Shown one piece after another: positions 24,640 through 35,430 of a stretch of 64,000 nucleotides of DNA (its first letter is position 1; the number at the start of each line of letters is the position of its first letter). Source of the stretch: Lingula anatina (lineage: Eukaryota; Animalia; Brachiopoda); the NCBI GenBank assembly GCA_051362555.1, contig CM120649.1:12152001-12216000 (forward strand). Reading direction: 5' to 3'. A program made the position numbers and the translations under genes. The notes under the pieces were generated by a model that was given only the letters and a program-made list of their open reading frames with translations, was not told the DNA's origin and did no database searches.

Positions 24640-27555
24640 ACCTGGAATATAAGTTGATTAAGCACGTCATATCAAATTTACTCAAACAAATCAAGTTTAA
24701 TTCAGTTCGGTTTCGTCCATGGAAGTACTGTTAGTAGAACTAAAATACCCCCAGGGTTCAACTATCAAGAAGCTTACCATTTGGCCGCCCGTTCAGCGTG
24801 ATCGCCGCGATGTTTCCGAGCTGTTCCCCAACCACTACGCCCATCAGAGACGCTCGGTTCTCGGTCACCACCATACTGACCAAACCACGTGCGGTACTGT
24901 TTGACGAAGACGGAGACAGAGACAACTAGGTCAAAGAAATGAAATTATACAGAGATTTAATAGTTACTTGCAAAAAAAAAAAAAAAAAAAAAAATTCAGG
25001 GCATACGCAAAGTAGTCAAATCGTGCAAATGTACACAGGCTAAACATGATCAATGCCCTACCCCGAACGTTCTACTGGGCGCAGCACATGGGCCCGAGTT
25101 ATAGATGGCAGCAGGGTAGGTGGCTGTTGCCCCTTGGAATTGGCTCCCAGTCAACCAGCCGTCGGGACTGTAGTTGTGCCCTTCATCGTAATACACGTTA
25201 TTGGGCATCATGAATGGCCAGGCTCCTAGGAGGTTCTGGGTGTAGTTGGTGCACGTGCTGATGTCCCTGCCTACACCTGCTGCCGTGGGCCTGAAAAATA
25301 AATAAATAAATAAATAAATAAATGTTTACACACAAACACGTACACACACAGACACACATTAAGTTTTATTAAAAGATGATGCATGCCATACCTGATTTTT
25401 ATATTAGTACAGGTGTAATAGGTGCTGCAGTTGTTATTGCCGTTAGTCAACTGAGAACAGGCTGTAGCTGTAAAATAAAACAAAATGAGTAACTTTTTTG
25501 TTCTCCTTGTGGGTTGGCAGTGTAAGTTAAAATTATTTATCACTGCCGCGAAAGCAATGTGTCCCTTTTTTCCACAGCGTTCTAGAATGCTTTGCACATC
25601 GTTGTAACAACTGTCCGAATACCTTGAATCATTGACCTGCGCTGTCAAGACGCTAAGAGATAATTAAAAAAATTTAAACGGCGCTGCTACAATTTTAATA
25701 GAAATCTAGAAGATTTTAAAACGGTGCTGCCACAATGTTCCAGAGAAACTTCATAGATTTTTTTAAACGGCGCTGCCACAATGGAATTTTCAAGATTTCA
25801 ACATCGTCAGAACTTTTAGAAGTTCCAGTGCATTGATGTGAAAAGGTAGATAATGTTTGCATTAGGAGGGAAAAAACATGTATTGCGTTAGGTGAGGCAA
25901 GATTGCGTTGTGTAAAGTATACATACTGGGTCCATACTTGTCCGTCATCACAGATGTGAGTAGAAGATAACAGTCCGGGCAATCGATGTCCGGAATGTTC
26001 ACAGTGACCTGGGTCACTCCGGAACATTTGCCCAATGGCTCCCCAGATATCTAGAATTTGTAATAAAATTATAATAGTTTTAACTAAAATAATAAGAATA
26101 ATGGGAAAAAAGAAAAGAAAAAAACTTGATTGAACAAATAATAGATAAAAAAATAAGATTGTCAATGAGATTGTTCTACCTTGGTTTCCTTACCTTGCAA
26201 TTAGGGTCTGTGAAGGGAAACTTCACCACCATGGCGTCGTTGTGGGGTATGTGGTCTAGAAGCAGGCAGGCCGTGCTGTCGTCCCCCTTCTTCATCAGGC
26301 GAATGCTAGACGGGGCGCCTAAAATAGAGAAGCGAAACCAGTTATGATGGATGAAATTCAAACACATCGCCTGAGTTATGGAGTGAAAAAATACGTGACG
26401 TCATCATGAAAGAACACGTGACGTCATCGTGACGTTTTTTTCACATGCAACATGGCAAAATGACATATGACTGAATGTAGGTTTTAATGATTATAAGTCT
26501 ACGGTATCAGTTGGACAATGGGGACTCGAAAATCGATTTAACAGTCATAGGTTGAAAAGATAAACAAATTTTAACTTACAAGTCAACTTTAAGAACAAAC
26601 AAGAATCACACTTATCAAAGAAAGATTATCAAAAAAGTCTTAAGAAAAAGCCAATTACGCTGTCACGCCCAAAACGCAGTTACCCACGAAAAGATGTCAC
26701 ATCTCCCACACTCACTCACCACGATGGAAAATGGACTCCTCCCAGCGCACTGTCATCGGCCCAGGCACCACATCCATGTAACCCCCCTCAAAGTCTACAG
26801 CTCCACATGGGCCCTGAATTACACATAACATAACATAACATAACATAACATAACATAACATAACATAACATAACGTGATTTTATGGCATACATATACAAT
26901 ATCCGGGTAGTGCGTCTCCAAGGACACGAATGACACGGCGAATTTCTTTAAGTTCGCTCTACTATTTGAGTTCAAAACAAACCTCCGAACGACAGAGGTC
27001 TGCAGATTTGTACCGATATCCAACCAATAGCACCGCACGGCAAAAAAAAAAAAAAAAAAAAATAGTGCACAATAATGGATATTATAGTACTCAGTGAGGG
27101 GAAATAGGACACCTAGGACGTATTTCCAGACATTTAGATCGATCTATCCCCGTGGGGAGTCTCACTAGATTACTGTCAGATAATCCGGCTTAAATGTCCG
27201 TCCCGCCTACTACAAGCTGTAAGGGGGTAATTAACTTTCGTGCCCGCTCGGCTGACAGCTATTTAGCGTGAACCCCCAGGGAGTTAGGTCGATCTAGTTT
27301 GGATCGATCTAATCTCTGGGAATGGGGTCTTAGACTACCCGACGTGAAGCGAATAACGAGACTAGGTACTTTTGTAAAATGACCATGTTTTTTTTTTAGC
27401 AGATAAAGCCCTGTGGTCCACTAGACACATAAAAAATGTCTTACCGATTTAATACCCGTGTTCGTGCTTTGTGGCCGCGGACACACCCATCTCACGTGAC
27501 CCTCTATTGTGAGGAAGCTGGCAACTAATACAGAGAAACACAGAGAGAACTGCAT
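20799..27555 (-). CDS. Secreted/GPI-type protein: His-brace LPMO-like copper domain + 3 CHRD-like domains, ~651 aa, 16 coding exons
   Basis: Exons: 27555-27445, 26813-26720, 26318-26194, 26050-25927, 25467-25392, 25290-25062, 24925-24778, 24307-24212, 23941-23865, 23530-23450, 23072-22926, 22573-22478, 22089-22041, 21802-21685, 21310-21175, 21047-20799. All GT-AG and phase-compatible, total 1956 nt with no internal stop. Signal MQFSLCFSVLVASFLTIEG|HVRWVCPRP..KSGPCG..TVRWEESIFHRG..VNIPDIDCPDCYL..YYTCTNIKI. CHRD-like motifs MYVEVSTGNTWRARGQV and IAALQRGEVKVKVMTSRYPDG. Hydrophobic C-terminus. Confidence 0.82.
27116..27329 (+). mobile_element. ~215-bp MITE (PIF/Harbinger-like), copy 1
   Basis: Near-identical to 28774-28988. 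Imperfect TIR gcgtattcccagacatttagatcgatc / gatcgatctaatctctgggaatgggg. TAG/TTA flanks. Confidence 0.7.
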
Positions 27556-28773
27556 GGCTGCGTTTCTGTTGTGTCTGATTGCTTTCTGAGCTCTATTATT
27601 CAGACACCCTGTAAGAAAAAAAAGAGCTTGCAGCAAGGTAACATCTAAATGGGATAAAAAATAGAAATAAACAATACAAATGCATGATGTGGCTTTTATA
27701 TTTCACCTTCCAGCTTCCAACTGCATCCATATGTAATTCATTATTAAAATGAATTAAAGATTTCGTTTTGTAAAAACCTACACGAGAGACCCTTATCAGA
27801 GGACACGATCTTTGTTCACGCTTGTCATCCGAAACGTCGCAGTGAAATCGTTAGATTCGACTGAGTTCAAAATGATTTTTTTCTGAACATCAACGGCACA
27901 AAAATAAAATAACATGGTGATATTCACAGATTGAAGGTCGAACACTAAAAGTTCATTGATCTCCTTTACGCAAAGTTCCTATTGGAGCCCTATAGGCCTA
28001 CATGGAGAGATTCTATCAGACGTCCTGTGGGGTTTCTATAAAGGACCTATGTCCTATAGGGCCGTATAGGATTTTGGGTCAATTCTCTATAGGATCCAAT
28101 ACAAGAGGAACTTTCCGTTAGAGCTGTTGTTTACGTGTAGCTGCGTTATGAGCTCTCTATGACCACCGTAAACATCACGAATTAACGTAAATGATGTAAC
28201 TAAAACTAACGTCTCTTGTAAGGCATTTGATCTTCACCGATCTTCATCGATGAACCCTCCACAAAAAATCGCCTTTTATGACGATGGGACCCTCACAGGT
28301 ATGATAGGGGCTAAGTAGTCCCCTAGGAACCGTAGTCTGTTCCCCTCTTACTTTGTATAGGTGATATATTTGTCCTGTATACTGACCCGGATACTTCCAC
28401 TTAATTCTAAATCGTACTAATCATCGCTCCAATGAAGCTTTTCTTTTTTCAGTTGTCATGCCATAGATGTCAACCCAGTATCTGCCGCCGTTTGTCCAAA
28501 GGAATGACTCAGCAATCCGACAACGCCGACAGTGATGATTCGGTTAAGTCTATGCACATTCACGCTAACAAATTTTATTTTCTAACTGCGGTTCTCTTGG
28601 GGTCTATTGGACAGTAGGCTTAATTTACTTACTTTTACGAATAGGACCGTTAACTTGGTGTTCGAATCAATGACTTGGATATTCTAACTGTTTTGAAAAT
28701 AACAAAATAAAGGACAATTGATATACGCCCTTTTCCCCAAAAAACACCCTCTACGTCTGAAGTGGTGTATCTA

Positions 28774-28988
28774 GGGGCGTATTCCCAGACATTTAGATCG
28801 ATCTATCCCCGTAAGGAGTCTCACTAGATCACTGTCAGATAATCCGGCTTAAATGTCCGTCCCGCCTACTACAAGCTGTAAGGGGGTAATTAACTTTCGT
28901 GCCCTCTCGGCTGACAGCTATTTAGCGCGAAACCCCAGGGAGTTAGGTCGATCTAGTTTGGATCGATCTAATCTCTGGGAATGGGGTC
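28774..28988 (+). mobile_element. ~215-bp MITE (PIF/Harbinger-like), copy 2
   Basis: Direct copy of 27116-27329 with TAG at both ends. Confidence 0.7.
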
Positions 28989-29400
28989 TAGGAAACCCAT
29001 AAACGGATATAATAATCGGGTTAAAATGTTTTAACAAGAATTAAAACACACCAAATAAACAAAGTGTAATTTTGATGCAACATCAAACACGTTCTCAGTC
29101 CGCAGAAATAAGAAATTAACTTAAAATAATAGAAATTAACTTAAAATAATATACAGATGTATGAGCATTTTATATTTGATAATTTTGTGTTCAGAGACAA
29201 TGCTACAAAATCGACTCGTTCTTGTTGGCCGTTCCAAGAAGTTATGACTTCTTGGCCGTTCACACACATATTTCAGGCGTAACCCAAGACTTATAAATGG
29301 TTCTCTTCGAATAAAAAAACTTACAAAATGTATAGTTATATATTTAACACGTTGAGTGAGTGCCAAATAAACACATTTTTAAGTAAACAGGTATTTGGCG

Positions 29401-29435
<35 letters not shown>

Positions 29436-30377
29436 GGGAGGGGGAGGGAGGGGGAGAGAACATGACTAATAAGAGGTCAAACTGGTCTCTTATCCTCGTA
29501 TTGACAAAAACCATATAAAGTATGAATCTTATCAACGTGTGGAATACTGACCAGTGACCTCTCCGTAGTTAAGTCTATGTCCCGGCCGCCCTTTACATAT
29601 TTATTTAGTTGATAACAGTGCAGAATATGGACATGGAAGAATTCGGGGGTTACATAAACTCACACGATTCACATTGCACAGCTGATGAACATTGCTGATT
29701 TTCAAGCAGGTGTGAGTATAGTCTCCTCTTTATTCCAAAGCACTCGTATAATCACCAGCTTTTATGTATTTAACTCAACGCGAAGAGGCGTATTAATCTG
29801 TTAATGTGATTGCATTCAGCGAGAGTTTCCACGGAGTTGGATCGATCTACGTAGATCGATTTAGTTTCATTGGGAACGCGCCTTACGTCGTTAGCACAAC
29901 ACACAGTGCATCACTCTGATGTGGCAGAAAACAAGACCCCGTATTTGATTACTTATTGAAAAAATCAGCCACACATACGTCAAGCACCCCCTGGTATCCT
30001 GGGCCTCTGAAAACGTAAACCAAATTTAAGTACAGGTGATACAATATAAGTGTAAGGGTCGACTACTTGCGGAACCTGTGGTCAGAGAGTAGCCCTAACA
30101 CGCCTGGTACTTTGAGGGCCACACCCCCTCTCTTCCTCCCCTCAGTCATACAGCATTGCATTCAATAAATTGTGCCATATTTACACAGAGGAGCAATGAA
30201 CACTGACTGCATCATATCAATGTATGTCCCCAAAACATATTCTTCATGCAGTACAGATCAGAATAGTGTATACTTCATTGGTTTTGCTTTGGAAACATCT
30301 GCGACGAAAAGAGCTGACAGACACAGCGCCCTTAGCTATCTTAATGGCATCATAATTACGTCCATGTCACAACTTAC

Positions 30378-30500
30378 CTGAAGATTCGACGACAGCTTAC
30401 TGGTGTCACCTTCTATTAGCATTCTTCACCTTTATATAACTCACGTGGCAAGTCACGTGACGGTGCCCCCCGATTCTATAAATAACTCACAGGGAATTCT
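30378..30500 (-). promoter_or_regulatory. Candidate core promoter + short non-coding exon 1 of the LPMO-like gene
   Basis: Minus strand TATATAAA at 30438-30431. Inr-like CCAGT ~30 nt downstream. Perfect donor CAG|GTAAGT at 30377. GTCACGTGAC at 30452-30461 and TCACGTGG at 30441-30448 just upstream. A matching acceptor sits at 27610-27609, ahead of the ATG exon. Confidence 0.55.
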
Positions 30501-32122
30501 TGCGGTCAAACTTTGACATCATGCAGTCTCCCCCGCTGTGTACAAGGGGGGTGAACTCCCAAACTGAAAACACGTTTCTGGTACATATCCATATTTTATG
30601 AACCCATTTGGGCTGAGGAAAGCAAAGACAGCAAAGACATTTAGTTATTCGGTTGATATATCATTTTGCGTGTAATTCTAGTAGGCCTATTTATATTTTC
30701 AGAATAAAAAAATAATAATAATAATTAGAATTAGAATTAAATTAAAAAATAAAAAAACGTGTCAAGGCTGGCCTCCATACTCAACGTGTAGGCTATATGC
30801 TGTCTTGGGTTTGCGTACTCAGGTTTGTTCAAACACTTCCCCCTCCCTTTTGGTGTTTTCTGGGACACGTTCTTCCAATAATCAAAGTCATTGTCTGTGA
30901 ACATGTACAGAAAGTGCACCAGGTCCGTAGATAGGAGTAGTGTATCCCTTACCAGAGCCGCATATTAACTATGTGCACTTTTGTCTAACGTGGCAGTAGA
31001 GAACTGTGTCATGAATTAGCCCGAGACAGATTTGCGAATATATTTAGTAAAAAATCAATATGAATTAAGCCCTGGGTAGGAGATCGACAGAGTAGGGGAG
31101 AGGGGGAGGGGGGGGGGGGGGTCGACAGGCAATTTTGCGTAAACCAGTGAACTCAAAGTTATACAATCTGTTTGTGTAAGTAAAAAGTCAAAATAACAGA
31201 TTTGAACGGCAATGTATCCCATATGAAAGGCACTTCCATATACTTTGTTTGTATGTAATATATATTTGTTATAGATGTGATATGTACATGCATAAATATT
31301 ATAAATATTGTTATACTTTTTTCTCAAAAGACAGTCACCCCCCACAAACGTTAAAGAGTGCTGGGGGAGCGAGTGTATGTGTGGGGGTGGGGAGTTGGGG
31401 GGTGGGGGGTGGAGGTAAAACATCGGATCCACCTGACGCAAAGATCTCTAACACAATTTAAACGTTTATAGATGCGTGAATGAGACCATTTTAACTTTTG
31501 GATTTACCATATCATCCGGTGTGGGAGGGAGGGCTACATCGGAGGAACAGAGAATTTTATTAGTATCATGAGTGATATCATAAACGGAAGAATGGAGAAA
31601 ACAACAAAAAGAATTGAGGGTCCCACTCATCCAGCTTATTCTGTTCTAAGATTTTTACCAAGAAATAGTAGATTTTTGACTTTGAAAGGGAGTGAATTGG
31701 TTCAAGTTATTTTATCCCTGCGCAGTTTAAAATTTTATTTTCACTTTTACGGCTTAATCATAAAATTCTTAGTGAATCTGTATATTTTAGTCCTCGGCTC
31801 TTAAGGAAAAGATGTAAACAATTTAACATATTTATTGTTTGTATAAAACCTATCTTATCAATTTAATCAAAGTGAAACAAGTACCTTTGAATAAATCAAC
31901 CTTTACAAACCAAGAAACAGAATATGTCCCTCTAATAAATAAGTAACTGCGTAAATTAAAATAATGTTCATAATCTCAAAATTATCTGATTGATACAAAG
32001 TGCTCACTTCTCAAGTACAAGTATATTACAATAACACATCACAACATATGACAAGCAGCATTAACACCACGAGCGATAACATAATACAATAGTTCTCCAA
32101 CTGTCACTCAACGTGCACGTGA

Positions 32123-32153
<31 letters not shown>

Positions 32154-32666
32154 TAATATTATGAGAAGATATCATTATCTGTGCACGCAAGAGATATCTA
32201 GAGCCGAAACCTGTTATCTGAACAGCAGCAATAGGCAGCTAATAGTTGGTAAAAGTGTGGTTTAACGTACACGATAAATTTGTGTGAAATTCGCTTTTGG
32301 GCGTTTCGGGTTCCGTTATATATGATTTATACAAGTATTTCGACACGTTATGAGATTTTTGATTCAATATATAGCCTACTGAGAAAATAAAACGCAAATA
32401 CTTTAATACTGACGTCAGAAATAATACTGCCATTTAGTGAAAAATTCTGAAAATATGGCTTGGGATCCAGACCTATCTCCTCGGTTTTTATTGCATATCT
32501 GGATCGATCTAAAAAATGGCTGCCAAGAAGTTGGAATTCCGTCAATATTCGGATAAATCTCATCTCTAATATTTTAATATTATTAAAATGATTAAAATCA
32601 TACAAAAAGATTAAAAGATGCTATTCGATGTCAACAGATATCAGTTTAAATGTTGTCGGAAGAGGT

Positions 32667-34064
32667 CTAACCCTCAAAGTAATCCTGGATTTCATCTAGA
32701 GATTTCCCCTTCGTTTCTGGCACCGCCAGCAGCGTAAAGAGAACGCTTACGACGCACACGCCGCCAAACAGCCAGAAAGCCCCATACGTTCGTAGCGCGA
32801 GTTCCAGACCCGCAAAAAACTTCGTAACGAGAAATGACGTCAACCAGCAGGTCGCCACCGCGGCGCCGATACCCAGTCCTCGCACTTTTGGGGGAAATAT
32901 TTCCGAGAGTAAAACATACGGGACTGATCCCCAAGCAAACGCAAAGCCAACATTATAAGCTATAAGGCTAGTGACTGGAAGCCAATGCAGGCTCTCTACA
33001 CTTTCCCGCGCTTCGAAGTAATAATAGGTACCAATGCCCGCGCAACTTGCTGCCATAATGACCCCAGCGATCACCAAAAGAGGACGCCGTCCAAGCCGGT
33101 CCACAAGGACAACGGACAGCAAAACTGGCGGGATTTGGCACGAGGAGACGATGACTGGTATCAAGTACGCCTCTCCCGTGAACCCCGCCGACTTGAAAAT
33201 TCTGACCATGTAGAAAGTGACTGCGTTGACGCCTCCTGCTTGCTGGAACACCATCAAAAGGATCCCAATAATCAAAGGCTTGTAGGTACTTGACACGGTG
33301 AAGTCTGCACAAGATAACTTTTCTTTGTGTTCGGTGAGTTCCTTTTCCATATGTTCCTTCATAAGGCTGAGCTCCGTCTCAGCTTCTCTCGCGTCACCTC
33401 GTAGCCACGACAACATGCGCAAAGCCTCCATTTCCCGGTGATTCCGCAGCAGCCAGGTCGGCGTCTCTGGCATGAAAGTCATTGTGACGAGCAGAACGAT
33501 AGGCGGCACTGCTGCAGCTATCGCTAACCATCTCCATGGGAACCATATCCCCAAAGCAAAGACGATACATACCCCTAGGACGAGAAACAATTGGTTCAAG
33601 GTACCCATGACACCCCTGTGTTCCTTGCTGGACACCTCCGCAATATACAAAGGTACCACCATCGTCTGCCAGCCGAGGCCAAACCCAGCCACAGCGCGCC
33701 CGCTGTAGAGCATGGTGGCATTGGAGGCGTAGGCTATCAGAAGCCAGCCAAGCGTGTACGGTACCGAGCAAAACATTAAAGCCAACTTCCTTCCGACGAA
33801 ATCCGCGAAGTACCCGCAAACTGGGCCGCCCAAGATGGCGCCAATGTTCAGGATTGAGCCAAACCATGACAACTGGTCGTCAGTCAACAAACCAAGTTGG
33901 GTCAGTTCTGGTCCGCTTGGCGAGGCATAGCCGAGGCTGAATCCGAAAGCCATAGCCCCAAAACATGCGCTGACTACCGCAAAAAGCCCATTAAAATGAA
34001 GCTTTTTTTGCGTGTCCTTTGTCTGTGGTTGAGTATTTATAATACTGACTGAGGGATCGGCCAT
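32667..34064 (-). CDS. Sugar porter family MFS transporter, GLUT8/GLUT6/Tret1-like (class III), single coding exon
   Basis: 465 aa with about 12 hydrophobic segments. Sugar-porter signatures GY.SP, D..GRK, P.YIAE.S....RG, PETP, QQ..G.N, DRLGRR, W......SEIFP...RG, PETKG. Acceptor actgcag just upstream of the ATG. Confidence 0.93.
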   Translation of the reverse strand: MADPSVSIINTQPQTKDTQKKLHFNGLFAVVSACFGAMAFGFSLGYASPSGPELTQLGLLTDDQLSWFGSILNIGAILGGPVCGYFADFVGRKLALMFCSVPYTLGWLLIAYASNATMLYSGRAVAGFGLGWQTMVVPLYIAEVSSKEHRGVMGTLNQLFLVLGVCIVFALGIWFPWRWLAIAAAVPPIVLLVTMTFMPETPTWLLRNHREMEALRMLSWLRGDAREAETELSLMKEHMEKELTEHKEKLSCADFTVSSTYKPLIIGILLMVFQQAGGVNAVTFYMVRIFKSAGFTGEAYLIPVIVSSCQIPPVLLSVVLVDRLGRRPLLVIAGVIMAASCAGIGTYYYFEARESVESLHWLPVTSLIAYNVGFAFAWGSVPYVLLSEIFPPKVRGLGIGAAVATCWLTSFLVTKFFAGLELALRTYGAFWLFGGVCVVSVLFTLLAVPETKGKSLDEIQDYFEG

Positions 34065-35230
34065 TTCGTCTGCAGTGTATAGGTCTTTTCCTCAATAGAT
34101 TACTGTTATAACTATGCCGCCAATATTATTTGCTTCTGATATAGAACATATGTAAGTCCCAATGTAATGAAACGTCTCCTAAAAAGTAGATATGGTGAGG
34201 TACTTTGGGTCGCTTCCAACTGCACAAGAACTCATCCGAAGTTCACTGCGATAAAAAATAAACAATAGGAGCCAATAAGTCACGATCGTACCTCTACTAA
34301 AATATCCAAATCACACGAGAGCTAGTATCTTTACTGCAGAGAGTGTTGCATCCTCTTCATAATTATTAACCGTATTTCATAAACAAGGAATAATGTAGTA
34401 CCAGACTTATCAGTGATATCAGTAACCCAGATAGATAGAGAGAAACTTCTCCGTCTAGGCCGCTGGTAATACCCTAGGTTCTAGATTCCGGTATTGCCAG
34501 CTCGATCTTGATTTCATACATAACCCGTATCAGCAATACCAGTAAAAGTGATCCCATAGTTAACAAGCTAGTTTTTACTGTCCTCTGACACTCAGGGTTC
34601 TGGTAACAATGAACCACAGTTTTTCACTGTGTGGCGTGCACGTGAGTCTAACGTTCCGTGATCAGAACGTTACGTTGTAAGACCGGTGTGACAGGAATGG
34701 CAGTCCGTCAGTAACCGTGGTCCGTTCCCCCGTTACTTTGGATAGGTGACATTTGTCCCATATACAAACCTCGACTTACCCTAAAAGGAATGAGAGTTCA
34801 TTTCCGCCTTACGATATTTTTATGTACATTCTTTTTTCAACATAATGGAAATATAAGAACTGTATTAAAATACTTTTATTGAAGAAAAAATGGAGAAGGT
34901 TTAGGACCCATGCAAAATACGTTTTTCGTTATTCAAAATTAAACTTTGTTTATATTGATTTGTATTTGATTGATTGGTTATTAACAATATGTGTCGATAA
35001 GGCAAAAAAGTAAAGACGATAAGCCATAATGCTGACTTTAAACTACAATCCAATTTTCTTACGACGATCTGAGTCCGATGATTCTCCGAGACTGTGACAC
35101 CGACTATGAACGTAGACTCATTCATTGTTGATGATAATGAGACCCAAGCACGCACTGTTTGTTCACAAGGCCTTTATTCAAGGTCAGTCACGAGCTCAAC
35201 AGTACCCTGGTTTAATCGTTAGAATATTAT

Positions 35231-35430
35231 GGGTGCTTTCCCAGAGATTTAGATCGACCTAACTCCCTGGGGGTTCACGCTAAATTGCAGTCAGCCGAGC
35301 GGGCACCATAGTTAATTACCCCCTTACAGCTTTTAGTAGGCGGGACAGACGCTTAAGCCGGCCAAGCTGACAGTAATCTAGTGAGACTCCCCACAGGGAT
35401 AGATCAATCTAAAAATCTATGGAAATGGGG
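35231..35430 (-). mobile_element. Inverted, diverged copy of the ~215-bp MITE
   Basis: Reverse complement of 28774-28988 (cccagagatttagatcgacctaactcccctgggggttcacgctaaa...). Partial related copies at ~35905-35990, ~29828-29880 and ~52580-52638. Confidence 0.65.

Noticed and set aside
20799-27555. Calling this gene chordin or an AA15 LPMO
   Set aside because: There are no VWC cysteine-rich repeats, so it is not chordin. The N-terminal motif and short His1-His2 spacing differ from the AA15 pattern as I recall it, so no symbol is assigned.
27961-28123. Imperfect palindrome rich in cctatagg
   Set aside because: Probably a decayed MITE. No clear TSD or second copy in the window to classify it.
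32182-32188. Metal-response element TGCACGC upstream of the copper-protein gene
   Set aside because: A single 7-mer, expected by chance, and probably within the transporter 3'UTR.
32692-33867. Alternative-frame and antisense ORFs over the sugar transporter
   Set aside because: Shadow ORFs of a GC-rich CDS with no independent features.
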